A DNA stretch of 64,000 bases from assembly GCA_038154245.1 (NCBI GenBank), contig JAYOZP010000002.1, forward strand, positions 114,928 to 178,927. The letters are read 5' to 3'. The position numbers and the translations under genes were made by a program. Below, in pieces: positions 1 to 9,463 of the stretch. Below the pieces are notes generated by a model that did no database searches, was not told where the DNA came from, and saw only the letters and a list, made by a program, of their open reading frames with translations. The number at the start of each line of letters is the position of its first letter. The first letter of the stretch is position 1. The DNA is from Nitrospinales bacterium (GTDB lineage Bacteria > Nitrospinota > Nitrospinia > Nitrospinales > JAJDAT01).

Positions 1-178
1 CAGAATCGGGCTGATATACCCCGATCATGTGTTTTAAAACTGTGCTTTTACCGCTTCCGCTTCCTCCCAAAATACAGGTAACTTTACCCTCTTCAAAATC
101 GGCGTTAAAGTTATCAAGGACAATCATCTTTTTGTCCCCTTCGCCAAAGGTTTTTTTAAGGTTTCTAATTTTTATCAT
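1..178 (-). CDS. ABC transporter ATP-binding protein, MlaF-like (N-terminal part only; gene runs off the window start)
   Basis: Not in ORF track. Reverse strand from ATG 178-176 reads MIKIRNLKKTFGEGDKKMIVLDNFNADFEEGKVTCILGGSGSGKSTVLKHMIGVYQPDS with Walker A GGSGSGKST. The ATG overlaps the TAA of the upstream permease (TAATG). Confidence 0.75.
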   Translation of the reverse strand, partial: MIKIRNLKKTFGEGDKKMIVLDNFNADFEEGKVTCILGGSGSGKSTVLKHMIGVYQPDS

Positions 179-1068
179 TATTCAAGAAAGAAGAAAAAAG
201 CTGTAAAAACCATATCAGAGATAATAATTAAAATCATTGATGTTACTACTGCCGAACGGGTGTTTTGTCCAACCTTTTCCGCTCCCCCTTCGATAACAAA
301 AGCAAGATAACTTCCAATCATAACTATGATTAAGGCAAACATTCCGCTCTTAAACAATCCTGAAAAAACATCTTTAATCTGAAGAGCTTCTACTGACCGG
401 TCTATGTAGATGACAGGATCAATTCCTAGCGTTGTTATTCCGACAAGGAATCCTCCAAAAATGCCCATTAAATTGCCTAGAATTGTTAGACAAGGCAACA
501 TTACTATAAGTGCAAGAAAACGTGGAACTATTAGAAACTTTACAGGATCAAGAGCCATGGTTTCTAACGCTAGGATTTCGTCTGAAACTTTCATAGTTCC
601 CAATTCTGCGGTGAAAGCGGCGCCTACGCGACCAGCCATTACAAGCGCCGCCATAAGAGGTCCTAGTTCGCGTGTTATCGCAACTCCTACTAGAGCTCCA
701 ACGTACTCTAAGGCTCCAAATTGCGACATTTGATAAGCTGTTTGGATAGCTAAAATGACCCCAATTAAAAATAAAGTCAAAAATACGATTAGAGCCGATT
801 TAACTCCAACTTCCTCCATTTGAATCCACATTGATCCCCATTTAACGGGTTTTCCTTTTAATGGTTCTATAAAGGAGCAATAGAGAGTATGACGAGTTAA
901 ATAATAAACGCCGCTAATTTCTTTGAACAAATCTGCAAAAGTATCTTTTATTCGAAACGCTTTGCGTCCAATGTAACCAAAAAATTGAGCTGTCATAACT
1001 ATCTTATGATTAGATTTCAAATAAACTTCAATATTTCGAAACAACGACTTAAAAAAGCAGAACCTCAA
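178..1068 (-). CDS. mlaE: MlaE-type ABC permease (phospholipid/toluene-tolerance transporter family)
   Basis: Polytopic ORF containing ALVGVAITRELGPLMAALVMAGRVGAAFTAELGTMKVSDEILALETMALDPVKFLIVPR, typical of MlaE/Ttg2B. It is followed by an ABC ATPase. The true start may be M25 (MTAQFF, nt 996). Confidence 0.8.
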   Translation of the reverse strand: MRFCFFKSLFRNIEVYLKSNHKIVMTAQFFGYIGRKAFRIKDTFADLFKEISGVYYLTRHTLYCSFIEPLKGKPVKWGSMWIQMEEVGVKSALIVFLTLFLIGVILAIQTAYQMSQFGALEYVGALVGVAITRELGPLMAALVMAGRVGAAFTAELGTMKVSDEILALETMALDPVKFLIVPRFLALIVMLPCLTILGNLMGIFGGFLVGITTLGIDPVIYIDRSVEALQIKDVFSGLFKSGMFALIIVMIGSYLAFVIEGGAEKVGQNTRSAVVTSMILIIISDMVFTAFFFFLE

Positions 1069-1150
1069 TTATTGGAAGGCCGTTTTTTAAAACCGTTTTA
1101 GAAGACGATTTTTTGATGGATTGGATTTTAAATATCGTGTCGCGTTTTTA

Positions 1151-1489
1151 TTAAATTCCTTCGAGAGCTTTTTCTCGAGAATCGAAAATATCGAACACGG
1201 TCGTAAGGCGGGCGATTTCGAAAATATCCTTAACGCAGGGGCTAAGACCGGCTAGTCTAAATTTGTTCTGCGTATTATGGCTCCATTGCAATCCTTCAAC
1301 AAATGTGGCTATGCCTGAACTGTCGATGTATGAAACCCCTGATAAATCGACAACGATTGCCTTTTGGTCGTCGCGAAAAAGACCAATTAATTGTTTTTGA
1401 AGTTCCGGAGAAGAATCCATATCTACATCTCCCTTGACGGAAACAACAACAGCGCTACCCACCTCGTCTGCTTGAAAATCTAATGCCAT
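1151..1489 (-). CDS. STAS-domain anti-sigma-factor antagonist (RsbV/SpoIIAA-like)
   Basis: 112 aa with VDLSGVSYIDSSGIATFVEG, including the DSSG motif whose serine is the phospho-acceptor in SpoIIAA/RsbV. Confidence 0.8.
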   Translation of the reverse strand: MALDFQADEVGSAVVVSVKGDVDMDSSPELQKQLIGLFRDDQKAIVVDLSGVSYIDSSGIATFVEGLQWSHNTQNKFRLAGLSPCVKDIFEIARLTTVFDIFDSREKALEGI

Positions 1490-1496
1490 TTTTTTC

Positions 1497-1934
1497 CTAA
1501 GTGTTTTGTGAAACGGAACTGCACTGGAGATCCAACTTTTTGGACATAGTTAATAGCGTCCCTTTTTCTCGTTTAGTGCAGTAATCAACGTCGTCCATTA
1601 TTTGAAAAATAAAAAAAGTTCCTAATCCGCCAGGTCGTATTTCATCTAATGGACGAGGTTTAATCTTTTCAGCATCGCATTGTTTTCCATAATCTCTAAT
1701 TTTTGCTACAAATTGATTATCGTGAAAGTCAAAACAGAGTTCGATGGGCTGCCCAGGGGAACCTTCGTAGCTATATTTAATGACATTAGAACAAGCTTCG
1801 TCTACGCAAAGGACCAGTTTGCATGATAATTCCTCAGCAACCTTTTGACATGCAAGATATTGTTTCAATGTTTCTCTTGCAAGGCGTAAATATTTAGATT
1901 CGCTCGGAATTGTTAATTTTATGGGCGCTTTCAT
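1497..1934 (-). CDS. Anti-sigma regulatory factor, serine kinase (RsbW/SpoIIAB-like HATPase)
   Basis: 145 aa with the N-box-like DEACSNVIKYSY and G-box-like RPGGLGTFFIFQIMDDV. It sits between the PP2C phosphatase and the STAS gene and overlaps the phosphatase gene by 4 nt. Confidence 0.7.
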   Translation of the reverse strand: MKAPIKLTIPSESKYLRLARETLKQYLACQKVAEELSCKLVLCVDEACSNVIKYSYEGSPGQPIELCFDFHDNQFVAKIRDYGKQCDAEKIKPRPLDEIRPGGLGTFFIFQIMDDVDYCTKREKGTLLTMSKKLDLQCSSVSQNT

Positions 1935-3229
1935 AAAACGTCAAAGGTCAATATAGTTAAATCGTCGAACTGAGATGCGTCTCCAACAAAATCATTAATT
2001 CTTTTGTGGACTAATGCAATAAGATCTTCAAGTGAGCCTGTTTCATTTAACAGGATATCACACAAACGTTCCAAACCGAACTGGTTGTTTTGATTATCTT
2101 TGGGTTCGACTGCGCCGTCTGTGTAAAGCAAAATTCTGTCTCCTTGATGGATAATTATTTCTTCTTCAGGATATTTTGCGGTTGGAATAATTCCAAGAGG
2201 AGGACCTCCGGCTGGGCATTTTTCCTCTAGTTTTTTGTCTGAATTTTTATAGATTAAACTTGGGTGACCGGCATTTGCAACTTTCAAAGTTTTTTTCTTT
2301 AAATCCAATAGAAGGTAAACGGCGGTTGTAAACATGCCTCCCTTTGCATTTTCACATAAGACTTTATTTACTCCCTCAAGTGTTGGGCCAGGATTAGGGT
2401 CTTTTTGAGAAACATACCTGAAATCGCTCATTAATCGAGCCATTAGTAACGCCGCTGGAACTCCTTTACCTGAAACGTCGCCTATAACAATTCCAAGCTT
2501 TTCTTGGCCAAAGGGAATAAAGTCAAAATAATCTCCTCCAACTTCTCTAGCAGGCAAAGTTTTAGCGCCAAAAGCAAACCCTGGAACTTCAGGAACTTCT
2601 GAAGGTAAGAAACTTTCTTGCACTGATCTGGAAAGCTCCATATCTCTTTCCATTCGTTTCATATTTACTATAGCTTGATGAGATCGTGCATTTTGGACGG
2701 CTAGCGCTGCGCTCTCGCAAAACATCTGAAAAAGCGTTTTATCGTTTTCATAAAACGTTTTTCCCGAGTCTCTATGGTGGATAACTTGGCAAACTCCAAT
2801 GGTTTCGCCTTTGACATGTAATGGAGAGCAAAGTATTGCGCCTGTTTTAAATCCTGTTTCCTTATCGTAACTAGGGTTAAAATTTGGATGTTCGTATGCG
2901 TCTTTAATAAGAATAGTTTCTCCCGTTTGGGCGACAGTTCCAGCAATTCCCTGACCAACTTTTATTTGACGGATTTTTCCTACTTCTTTCAGTTTTTCTC
3001 CAACTGAACTTAAGGCTATTTGGATATTTAATTCTCCAGTTTCGGGATCTAATAACAAGAGCGAGCAAGCGTCTGCTTTAGCTACTTGTTTTGCGCTTTG
3101 CATAATTGTGTCCAAAAGTTTGTCTAATTCCAACTGAGAATTCAAAAGAGAATTTACTTGAAAACAGGTTTCAAGTTGGGCGAGTCGTTCTTTACACTTG
3201 GGGAGATTTTCTTGATAATCCTGGGGCAT
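1931..3229 (-). CDS. GAF-domain PP2C/SpoIIE-family serine phosphatase (RsbU-like)
   Basis: The N-terminal GAF-like region contains LLLLDPETGEL and GIAGTVAQTGE. The C-terminal PPM motifs are GGDYFDF, GDVSGKGVPAALLMA, LLYTDGAVE and FDDLTILTF. Confidence 0.8.
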   Translation of the reverse strand: MPQDYQENLPKCKERLAQLETCFQVNSLLNSQLELDKLLDTIMQSAKQVAKADACSLLLLDPETGELNIQIALSSVGEKLKEVGKIRQIKVGQGIAGTVAQTGETILIKDAYEHPNFNPSYDKETGFKTGAILCSPLHVKGETIGVCQVIHHRDSGKTFYENDKTLFQMFCESAALAVQNARSHQAIVNMKRMERDMELSRSVQESFLPSEVPEVPGFAFGAKTLPAREVGGDYFDFIPFGQEKLGIVIGDVSGKGVPAALLMARLMSDFRYVSQKDPNPGPTLEGVNKVLCENAKGGMFTTAVYLLLDLKKKTLKVANAGHPSLIYKNSDKKLEEKCPAGGPPLGIIPTAKYPEEEIIIHQGDRILLYTDGAVEPKDNQNNQFGLERLCDILLNETGSLEDLIALVHKRINDFVGDASQFDDLTILTFDVL

Positions 3230-3456
3230 TTTTATTTTGAGAATGAGAAAAAGTGGGTGAAGCGAATTATTTAGTTATTTTTTATACATCAGGAAACTAC
3301 TTAATAAAACAGGTAATTTCTCTTCTTGTCCTATTGGATAAAATTAAGGCTTTCTCTTGCTAAAAAACACCGTTAAAATTATCATAGAAGGTTTAAAGCC
3401 AAATTTAAGACTTATTTAGTATTCGATAGCTTTGTGTTTTTATGGTTTTTATTTAA

Positions 3457-5724
3457 ATGGATTCAACTTCTAAATTTTCTTACCGCAAATTTACCGAAAA
3501 AAATAAAAATAGAAGATGGTCTCCAATCAAAGAAACTCTAAAAAATACATTACTGGATATAGGCCGACCTCGATTTCATATTTTAGATTGGTTGATTTTT
3601 CATTGGAATATTGCCGTTGGTCCTCAGTTAGGGGCTATTTCAAAAGTCGAAAAATTTCGATCGAAGCGGCTTGATATTGCCGTTACAAATGAAGAATGGG
3701 TTCGCGCTATACGCCCTTTGGAAAAAAGTATTATAAGGCAAATAAATCAGTCGGCTGGAGAAACTTTAATAGAGAGTTTAAGATTTAAGGTAAAAACAAA
3801 TTTAAATAAACCCATAAATAAAATTATGAGAGAAACTACTAAACAAAATGTGTTCGAAGGGAAGCGCGAATTGAACGATATGAAAACAAAAAATGAAGAT
3901 AATCTGAGACCGATTGAAAAATTAGAACGGCTAAAAGATAAGTTTAGATTCGTTTCAATTATGTTCTCTCTTGGAGCTTTAACTTTTTTAGCAAATTGCG
4001 CTTCAGTTCCTGAAACCTCTCCTGAAAAAATAGATTTAAATAGTTCATATTCCACTAAAGAAGTTAGTGAAATTCGAGCTAATAACCCGGATAAGAATTA
4101 TAAAGATCCACGGTCTTATTACCATTTTCTGATGGCGGTTAGAGCTGAACGTGAATGGGATTTTGAAAAAGCCGCTAAAAATTATAAAAAAGTAGTAAAT
4201 CATGATCCCACCAGCCATGAGTTTAGGTTGACTTTGGCGCGACTTCTGTTGAGATTAGGAAAATTGGACGATGTGGAAGAGGTTTGTAAAGAAGCTTTGA
4301 AGCGGTTTCCGAAAGACGAGGTCTTTTCAATAATTCTAGCCGATACTTTGTCAAGCCGTGGGAGAAATGAAGAGGCCCTTTCGTATTTAAAAAACGGATT
4401 GGAAAATTCTTCAAAGAAGAATAAGACTTATGCTTTAGCAGGGTCAATCTATTCTAAGAATGGAGATTTGGAGAAAGCTAGGGAAATGTTTGAAAAGCTT
4501 TCTTTAGTAAGCCCTGGGAATCCGTTGGGTCACCATTATTTGGGGACTACCTTAGCCAAGTTGAATCGCTTTAATGACGCTGAAAAATCATTAAGAAAAG
4601 CACTTGGTTTAAGGCCGAGTTTCAAAAAATCCAGAGAATTTCTAGCTTGGGTACTTGAAAAAATGGGTTTAAGAGAGAAAGCTATCGCACAGTACAATTT
4701 TTTATTGAAACTGGACCCAGACGATAAATCCGCAGAAAAGAGATTAGAACGCCTAATTCTTGCTGAAGAGAAAAATGAAAAGCTAATTTATGAGGGTTTT
4801 TCGATTCCCGAAGATTCAACTGTTAATTTGAAACTTGGGATTATGTTTTATGAGCAAGGAAGAGCGGGCAGAGCGTTAGAGGAGTTTCGACTTCTGCTTG
4901 CCGAAAAAGAGAATAAAAGCTTAAGGTTATTGATCGCCAAGATTTATGAAGATAAAGAGAGATACAAAGAAGCCTTAGCTGAATTATATTTAGTTCGTAA
5001 AATGGAACCTGATTCTGTGGGAGTTTTGTTACAAATTGCTAGAATGCAAAACCTTAATGAGAATATAAAAGAGTCTATTAAGGTATTAGAAGAAGCGGTC
5101 AAAATTGAACCTGAAGAAGATCAGCTCTACCATTCTTTGTCTTTGGCTTATATGTCAGAGAATAATTATCAAATTGCAATCAAAAATATTCGAAAAGCCA
5201 TTGAAATTGACGACAGAAAAGATTCTTACTTTTTTGAGCTAGGAGCTCTTTTAGAACGAGTTGGAAAGTATGACGAGGCTATTAATTCTATGCAGCAAGT
5301 TTTAGAAATCAATCCCATGCATTCTAATGCCCATAATTTTATTGGATATATGTACGCTTTGCAGGGTAAAAAACTTGATCTAGCAATTGAACATTTGAAA
5401 AAAGCTTTGATGATCCAACCACAAAATGGCTATTTTCTTGATAGTTTAGGTTGGGTTTATTTTAAAAAAGGCGAAAAACAAAAAGCGTTGGAGGAAATTA
5501 AAAAAGCAATGATATATACCGACCCAGATCCTGTTTTATATGAGCATTTGGGCGATATTCATTACTCCTTAAAAAACTATTTTGAGGCGAATAAAGCTTG
5601 GAAAATTAGCCTTTCCTTAACAAATAAAAGAGTAGAGAAACCAGATGGCGGTGAAGTGCCAGATTCTAGCGAATTAAAACGGAAAATTCGCGATGTGAGA
5701 GTTTTATTAAATAATAGTCTTTAA
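3457..5724 (+). CDS. DUF721/DciA-like N-terminal domain fused to a TM segment and a long TPR region
   Basis: aa 40-112 (LDWLIFHWNIAVGPQLGAISKVEKFRSKRLDIAVTNEEWVRAIRPLEKSIIRQINQSAGETLIESLRFKV) look like DUF721. A hydrophobic segment FRFVSIMFSLGALTFLANCASV lies at aa 163-184. About 550 aa of TPR-like repeats follow. No stop codon separates the parts. Confidence 0.6.
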   Translation: MDSTSKFSYRKFTEKNKNRRWSPIKETLKNTLLDIGRPRFHILDWLIFHWNIAVGPQLGAISKVEKFRSKRLDIAVTNEEWVRAIRPLEKSIIRQINQSAGETLIESLRFKVKTNLNKPINKIMRETTKQNVFEGKRELNDMKTKNEDNLRPIEKLERLKDKFRFVSIMFSLGALTFLANCASVPETSPEKIDLNSSYSTKEVSEIRANNPDKNYKDPRSYYHFLMAVRAEREWDFEKAAKNYKKVVNHDPTSHEFRLTLARLLLRLGKLDDVEEVCKEALKRFPKDEVFSIILADTLSSRGRNEEALSYLKNGLENSSKKNKTYALAGSIYSKNGDLEKAREMFEKLSLVSPGNPLGHHYLGTTLAKLNRFNDAEKSLRKALGLRPSFKKSREFLAWVLEKMGLREKAIAQYNFLLKLDPDDKSAEKRLERLILAEEKNEKLIYEGFSIPEDSTVNLKLGIMFYEQGRAGRALEEFRLLLAEKENKSLRLLIAKIYEDKERYKEALAELYLVRKMEPDSVGVLLQIARMQNLNENIKESIKVLEEAVKIEPEEDQLYHSLSLAYMSENNYQIAIKNIRKAIEIDDRKDSYFFELGALLERVGKYDEAINSMQQVLEINPMHSNAHNFIGYMYALQGKKLDLAIEHLKKALMIQPQNGYFLDSLGWVYFKKGEKQKALEEIKKAMIYTDPDPVLYEHLGDIHYSLKNYFEANKAWKISLSLTNKRVEKPDGGEVPDSSELKRKIRDVRVLLNNSL

Positions 5725-5754
5725 ATATATTAAAGCCAGCTTAAATTTTAATTA

Positions 5755-6564
5755 ATGAAACTCTTTGAATTTGTGTTTGAAAAACCTTATTTGAAAAAAG
5801 CTTTACTGATTGGATTCCTTTTATCGGTTTTTAGTTCTATTGGTTGCCAAACTCTTCCAGAAAAAAAATCTCTTAAATTCACGAAAAGAGTAGATATAGG
5901 TCCCTTTTTATTCAAAGCTTTGTCTGATAGGGGGAAAATTTTAAACGATTTTAAATCGTTTGCTCGAACCGTGGTGAATAAAAATGGTCGTAAACAATCG
6001 ATTAAACAGGCTATTGTTATTCGTGGCTCAGACTCAATAAGGATAGATGTTTTATCTTTATTTAATCAGCCATTGGGTGTTTTTATTCAAAAAAAAGACC
6101 GCACTTTTCTTTTCGATCCCAGCGAAAATAAATACTATAGGAATGAAGAGGCTTTAAGGTTATTAGAGAGACTTTTGGGAATGAGGCTTAACTTTGAAGA
6201 ATTTATTCCCCTTGTTTCTGGAAATATTCCTTTTATAGAACAATTGACTCCTAAAAATTCATGGATTTCAGAAGATGGTTCAATTTATAAGCTATTTCTT
6301 CAGCTTCCAGATTCAGAACTTGGTTTTAAAGTGGAAATTGACGCTGAAACTCGAATTCCCAAAAAAATATATAAAATATTGAAGGATAAAGAGATTTATA
6401 GTGTTGTTTGGGAAAATTTCAAAATAGTGGGGGGATATGACCTGCCTCATATTTTGGAATGGTCCAATAGTAATAATGAGAGTTTAGTGGTAAAACTTAA
6501 TAAACCAGTTCCAAATACTGGCATAAAAGATTCTGCTTTTAATTTAAACATTCCTGTAAATTGA
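5755..6564 (+). CDS. Outer-membrane lipoprotein, LolB-like by position
   Basis: Signal peptide with lipobox (LLSVFSSIGC). It lies directly upstream of and overlaps ispE, the position lolB has in the proteobacterial lolB-ispE-prs arrangement. No diagnostic motif seen. Confidence 0.45.
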   Translation: MKLFEFVFEKPYLKKALLIGFLLSVFSSIGCQTLPEKKSLKFTKRVDIGPFLFKALSDRGKILNDFKSFARTVVNKNGRKQSIKQAIVIRGSDSIRIDVLSLFNQPLGVFIQKKDRTFLFDPSENKYYRNEEALRLLERLLGMRLNFEEFIPLVSGNIPFIEQLTPKNSWISEDGSIYKLFLQLPDSELGFKVEIDAETRIPKKIYKILKDKEIYSVVWENFKIVGGYDLPHILEWSNSNNESLVVKLNKPVPNTGIKDSAFNLNIPVN

Positions 6565-7472
6565 TCTTAAAAACTCCAGCCAAGGTAAATTTCGGGCTTC
6601 AAATTTTATATAAACGCCCAGATGGGTTCCATGAGCTTGAAACAATACTCCAAATGGTTGCTTTATATGATGAAATGGAGTTTTTTGCGGGTGATGGCGA
6701 AATAAAATTAATTTGTAACAAGCAAGGAGTTCCTGAAGATGAAAGTAACCTGGTTTTTAAAGCGGCTAAGGTATTAAGAGATAAGTTTCCCGAAAAAACG
6801 AGCTCAGGCGTAAAAATTCAATTGAAAAAGAACATTCCCGCTGGAGCAGGGCTTGGGGGAGGGAGTGGAAATGCAGCCTTGGCTCTCCTGGGGCTCAATA
6901 AATTTTGGAACCTCGGTTTAAGTAATGATGAATTGATCCCATTTGCGGCTTCATTGGGTTCTGATATACCATTTTTTTTGGTTTCTCCTACGGCTTTAGG
7001 GACTGGAAGAGGGGATAAAATAGCCAAAATTATGAGTCCTCGAAAAATTTCCGTTGTCATTGTTTTTCCAGGCTTTTCTATTTCAACTCCTTGGGTATAT
7101 CAAAACCTAAAATTAGAGTTGACAAAAAAGGAAAACAATATTAGCATTTTGCAAAAATTTTTATCCCAATCAGATATTTCACAATTAGGGAATTCTCTTC
7201 AAAATCATCTAGAACCTATTGTTTTTAAAAAATATCCTGTTGTTCGGGAAATTAAAGACAAATTGTTAGAAATAGGCGCGTGTGGAGCTTTAATGTCAGG
7301 TAGCGGCTCTGCAGTTTTTGGGATTTTTGAAGATTCATTCAAAGCTAAGGAAGCTTATGAAATGCTTCCAAAAGCCAGCTGGTCTTTGTATTTAACGGAA
7401 ACGGTATCTAGTTTTGCTGAATTTTTGCCGGAATCTCTTATTGAATATTCCCAAAATATGAATTTAAAATAA
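6561..7472 (+). CDS. ispE: 4-diphosphocytidyl-2-C-methyl-D-erythritol kinase
   Basis: PAKVNFGLQILYKRPDGFHELET at the N-terminus, the GHMP-kinase motif IPAGAGLGGGSGNAA, and GSGSAVFG near the C-terminus. Confidence 0.9.
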   Translation: MILKTPAKVNFGLQILYKRPDGFHELETILQMVALYDEMEFFAGDGEIKLICNKQGVPEDESNLVFKAAKVLRDKFPEKTSSGVKIQLKKNIPAGAGLGGGSGNAALALLGLNKFWNLGLSNDELIPFAASLGSDIPFFLVSPTALGTGRGDKIAKIMSPRKISVVIVFPGFSISTPWVYQNLKLELTKKENNISILQKFLSQSDISQLGNSLQNHLEPIVFKKYPVVREIKDKLLEIGACGALMSGSGSAVFGIFEDSFKAKEAYEMLPKASWSLYLTETVSSFAEFLPESLIEYSQNMNLK

Positions 7473-7683
7473 AAATCTCCCTCGGTTTTGCCATGGCCGG
7501 GTAAATCGGGAAAAAACATAGCCGGTCGGGGTAATATTAAGTATTCATTTCGCGCAGAAATTGGAAATAGGCAAAACTGAAAAAGCCTTGGGCGGGCTAA
7601 GACTAAGCCATCCTCCCGATTAAACGATTCAATTTAAACGCGAATATTTTAGGCCTTTATTTTAAAGGCTGTTAATAGATTAT

Positions 7684-7755
7684 TGGGGCGTCGACAAGCG
7701 GTAAGTCACAGGATTTTGATTCCTGCATGCGGAGGTTCGAATCCTCCCGCCCCAG
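7684..7755 (+). tRNA. tRNA-Gln (anticodon TTG)
   Basis: Cloverleaf read by eye. Acceptor TGGGGCG/CGCCCCA, anticodon stem CAGGA/TCCTG with loop TTTTGAT, T-arm GGAGG-TTCGAAT-CCTCC. CCA is not encoded. Confidence 0.9.
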
Positions 7756-7771
7756 TTAACTTAATGATAAA

Positions 7772-8725
7772 ATGACGAGTCAAAACGGAAAAGTTCTTAT
7801 TTTTTCAGGAAGAGCCAACCCAGAACTTTCGCAAGAAATTAGCGATTGTATGGGCGTTTCGTTGGGGAGAACTGTTCTTAAAAACTTTTCCGATGATGAG
7901 ATTTATTTTCGTATCGAAGAAAACGTTCGAGGCGGGGACGTTTTTGTTATTCAGCCGACCTGTAATCCAGGCAATACCCATATAATGGAATTGCTAATTA
8001 TGATTGATGCGTTTAAGCGTGCATCCGCTAAAAGAATAACAGCTGTAATTCCTTATTATGGTTACGGTCGTCAAGATCGAAAATGCGAACCAAGAGTTCC
8101 TATTAGCTCTAAGCTTGTAGCCGACTTGCTACATACAGTGGGAACCCATCGGGTTTTAGCTGTTGATTTGCATGCAGGGCAAATTCAGGGTTTTTTTGAC
8201 ATTCCAGTGGATCATTTGTACGCTATGAGCGTTTTGATCCAATATATGAAATCAGAGTTTGACCCTGGAAATTTAGTTATTATTTCCCCAGATGCAGGCG
8301 GTGTGGAGCGAGCTCGAGCTTATGCGAAAAGGTTAGGCGCTGGGCTAGCGATTATCGATAAGAGAAGAGAAGCTATTAATGAAGCGAAAGCCATGCACAT
8401 TATTGGCGAAGTAAAAAACAAAATCGCCATAGTTGTTGATGATATGGTCGATACTGCAGGTACGCTTATGGAAGCGGTAAACGCTGTTTTGGATGAAGGC
8501 GCTTTGGAAGTTCATGCTTGTTGTAGTCACCCTGTTCTTTCGGGTCCGGCTCATGAAAGGATTTCTAAATCGCCCTTAAAATCATTGATTACGACGAATA
8601 CTATTCCTCTTAAAGGGGATTTAAAAAATAACTTAAAAATTAAAGTGCTTTCTGTTGCTCCCCTACTTGCGGAAGCTATATTAAGAATTCATAAAGAAAG
8701 CTCTGTTAGTTCATTATTTGAATAG
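7772..8725 (+). CDS. prs: Ribose-phosphate pyrophosphokinase
   Basis: 317 aa with [41 protein letters not shown] and the PRPP-binding loop [11 protein letters not shown]. Confidence 0.95.
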   Translation: MTSQNGKVLIFSGRANPELSQEISDCMGVSLGRTVLKNFSDDEIYFRIEENVRGGDVFVIQPTCNPGNTHIMELLIMIDAFKRASAKRITAVIPYYGYGRQDRKCEPRVPISSKLVADLLHTVGTHRVLAVDLHAGQIQGFFDIPVDHLYAMSVLIQYMKSEFDPGNLVIISPDAGGVERARAYAKRLGAGLAIIDKRREAINEAKAMHIIGEVKNKIAIVVDDMVDTAGTLMEAVNAVLDEGALEVHACCSHPVLSGPAHERISKSPLKSLITTNTIPLKGDLKNNLKIKVLSVAPLLAEAILRIHKESSVSSLFE

Positions 8726-8743
8726 AAATTAAAGGAAAATAAT

Positions 8744-9379
8744 ATGTCGACAACCGTTAACGGAACTTTAAGGAAGGACACCGGAAAGCGTTCTACCAAA
8801 AAGGTGCGCAAAGAAGGAAATTTACCAGCAGTATTATATGGTCAAAAGGATGTTTTGTCTTTGGCCGTTAATCCTAAGGAATTGATGAAACTAATTAAGC
8901 AAAAGGGTCAAAATATAGTAATCGATTTGGCCATTGCGGGCGATTCTTCTCCAAGTCGTAAAGTCATGCTAAAAGACTGCCAGAGGCATCCTTTGAAAGA
9001 ACTTTGGGTTCACGCTGATTTTTATGAGTTGGATATGTCTCAAACAATTAGGATTCAAGTTCCAGTGGTTTTGGAAGGTATCTCTCCCGGAGAAAAGAAG
9101 GGCGGCGTTTTAAATCATGCAATCCGGAATATAGATTTAGCTTGTTTGCCTGCCGATATTCCCCAAAATATTAAGGTATCCATCGCTGAATTAGAAATTG
9201 GAGACGCCATTCATGTTTCTGATTTGAATTTACCTGAAAAATTTAAAGTATTTGCGTCGTCTTCTGCGACGGTAGTTTTAGTTCAACAAGAAAAACGCGC
9301 TGCCGCTAAAGCTGCAGAAGGAGAAGCCGCTGACGCAGCAGCTCCTGCTTCTAGCGAACCTCCAAAAGAAGAGGGATAA
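8744..9379 (+). CDS. rplY: 50S ribosomal protein L25 / general stress protein Ctc
   Basis: RKEGNLPAVLYGQK at the N-terminus and an Ala/Glu-rich C-terminal tail. Conserved prs-ctc-pth order. Confidence 0.85.
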   Translation: MSTTVNGTLRKDTGKRSTKKVRKEGNLPAVLYGQKDVLSLAVNPKELMKLIKQKGQNIVIDLAIAGDSSPSRKVMLKDCQRHPLKELWVHADFYELDMSQTIRIQVPVVLEGISPGEKKGGVLNHAIRNIDLACLPADIPQNIKVSIAELEIGDAIHVSDLNLPEKFKVFASSSATVVLVQQEKRAAAKAAEGEAADAAAPASSEPPKEEG

Positions 9380-9402
9380 TCGGAATTTATCGATTCATTT
9401 TA

Positions 9403-9449
9403 CGGAAGAAAAAATTTAATGGTTCTTTATGTTTTCTTCCGGGTTTTTT
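9403..9449 (+). terminator. Rho-independent terminator after rplY
   Basis: Perfect 10-bp stem CGGAAGAAAA / TTTTCTTCCG (9403-9412 and 9432-9441), followed by GGTTTTTT. Confidence 0.6.
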
Positions 9450-9463
9450 AAAAACTTAACGTT

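Noticed and set aside
410-733. 107-aa plus-strand ORF inside mlaE. Similar long antisense ORFs sit at 21229..21657, 40876..41334, 42635..42922 and 52281..52637.
   Set aside because: All lie fully inside, and antisense to, well-supported genes. Their products are low-complexity (Pro/Ser/Arg-rich or Lys/Ile-rich) and have no start context. They are shadow ORFs produced by the codon bias of the real genes.
3347-3360. Sigma-54-like AGGCTTTCTCTTGC upstream of the DUF721-TPR gene.
   Set aside because: The GG to GC spacing is one nucleotide short of the canonical distance, and sigma-54 promoters tolerate this poorly.
7473-7683. 210-bp non-coding spacer between ispE and tRNA-Gln, considered as a possible SRP, 6S or other small RNA.
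   Set aside because: I could not find the SRP domain IV motifs, a 6S-type extended helix, or any convincing long-range pairing. Only a short GCCTTTA/TAAAGGC hairpin occurs near 7656-7672. A covariance-model scan (Rfam/Infernal) would be needed to decide.
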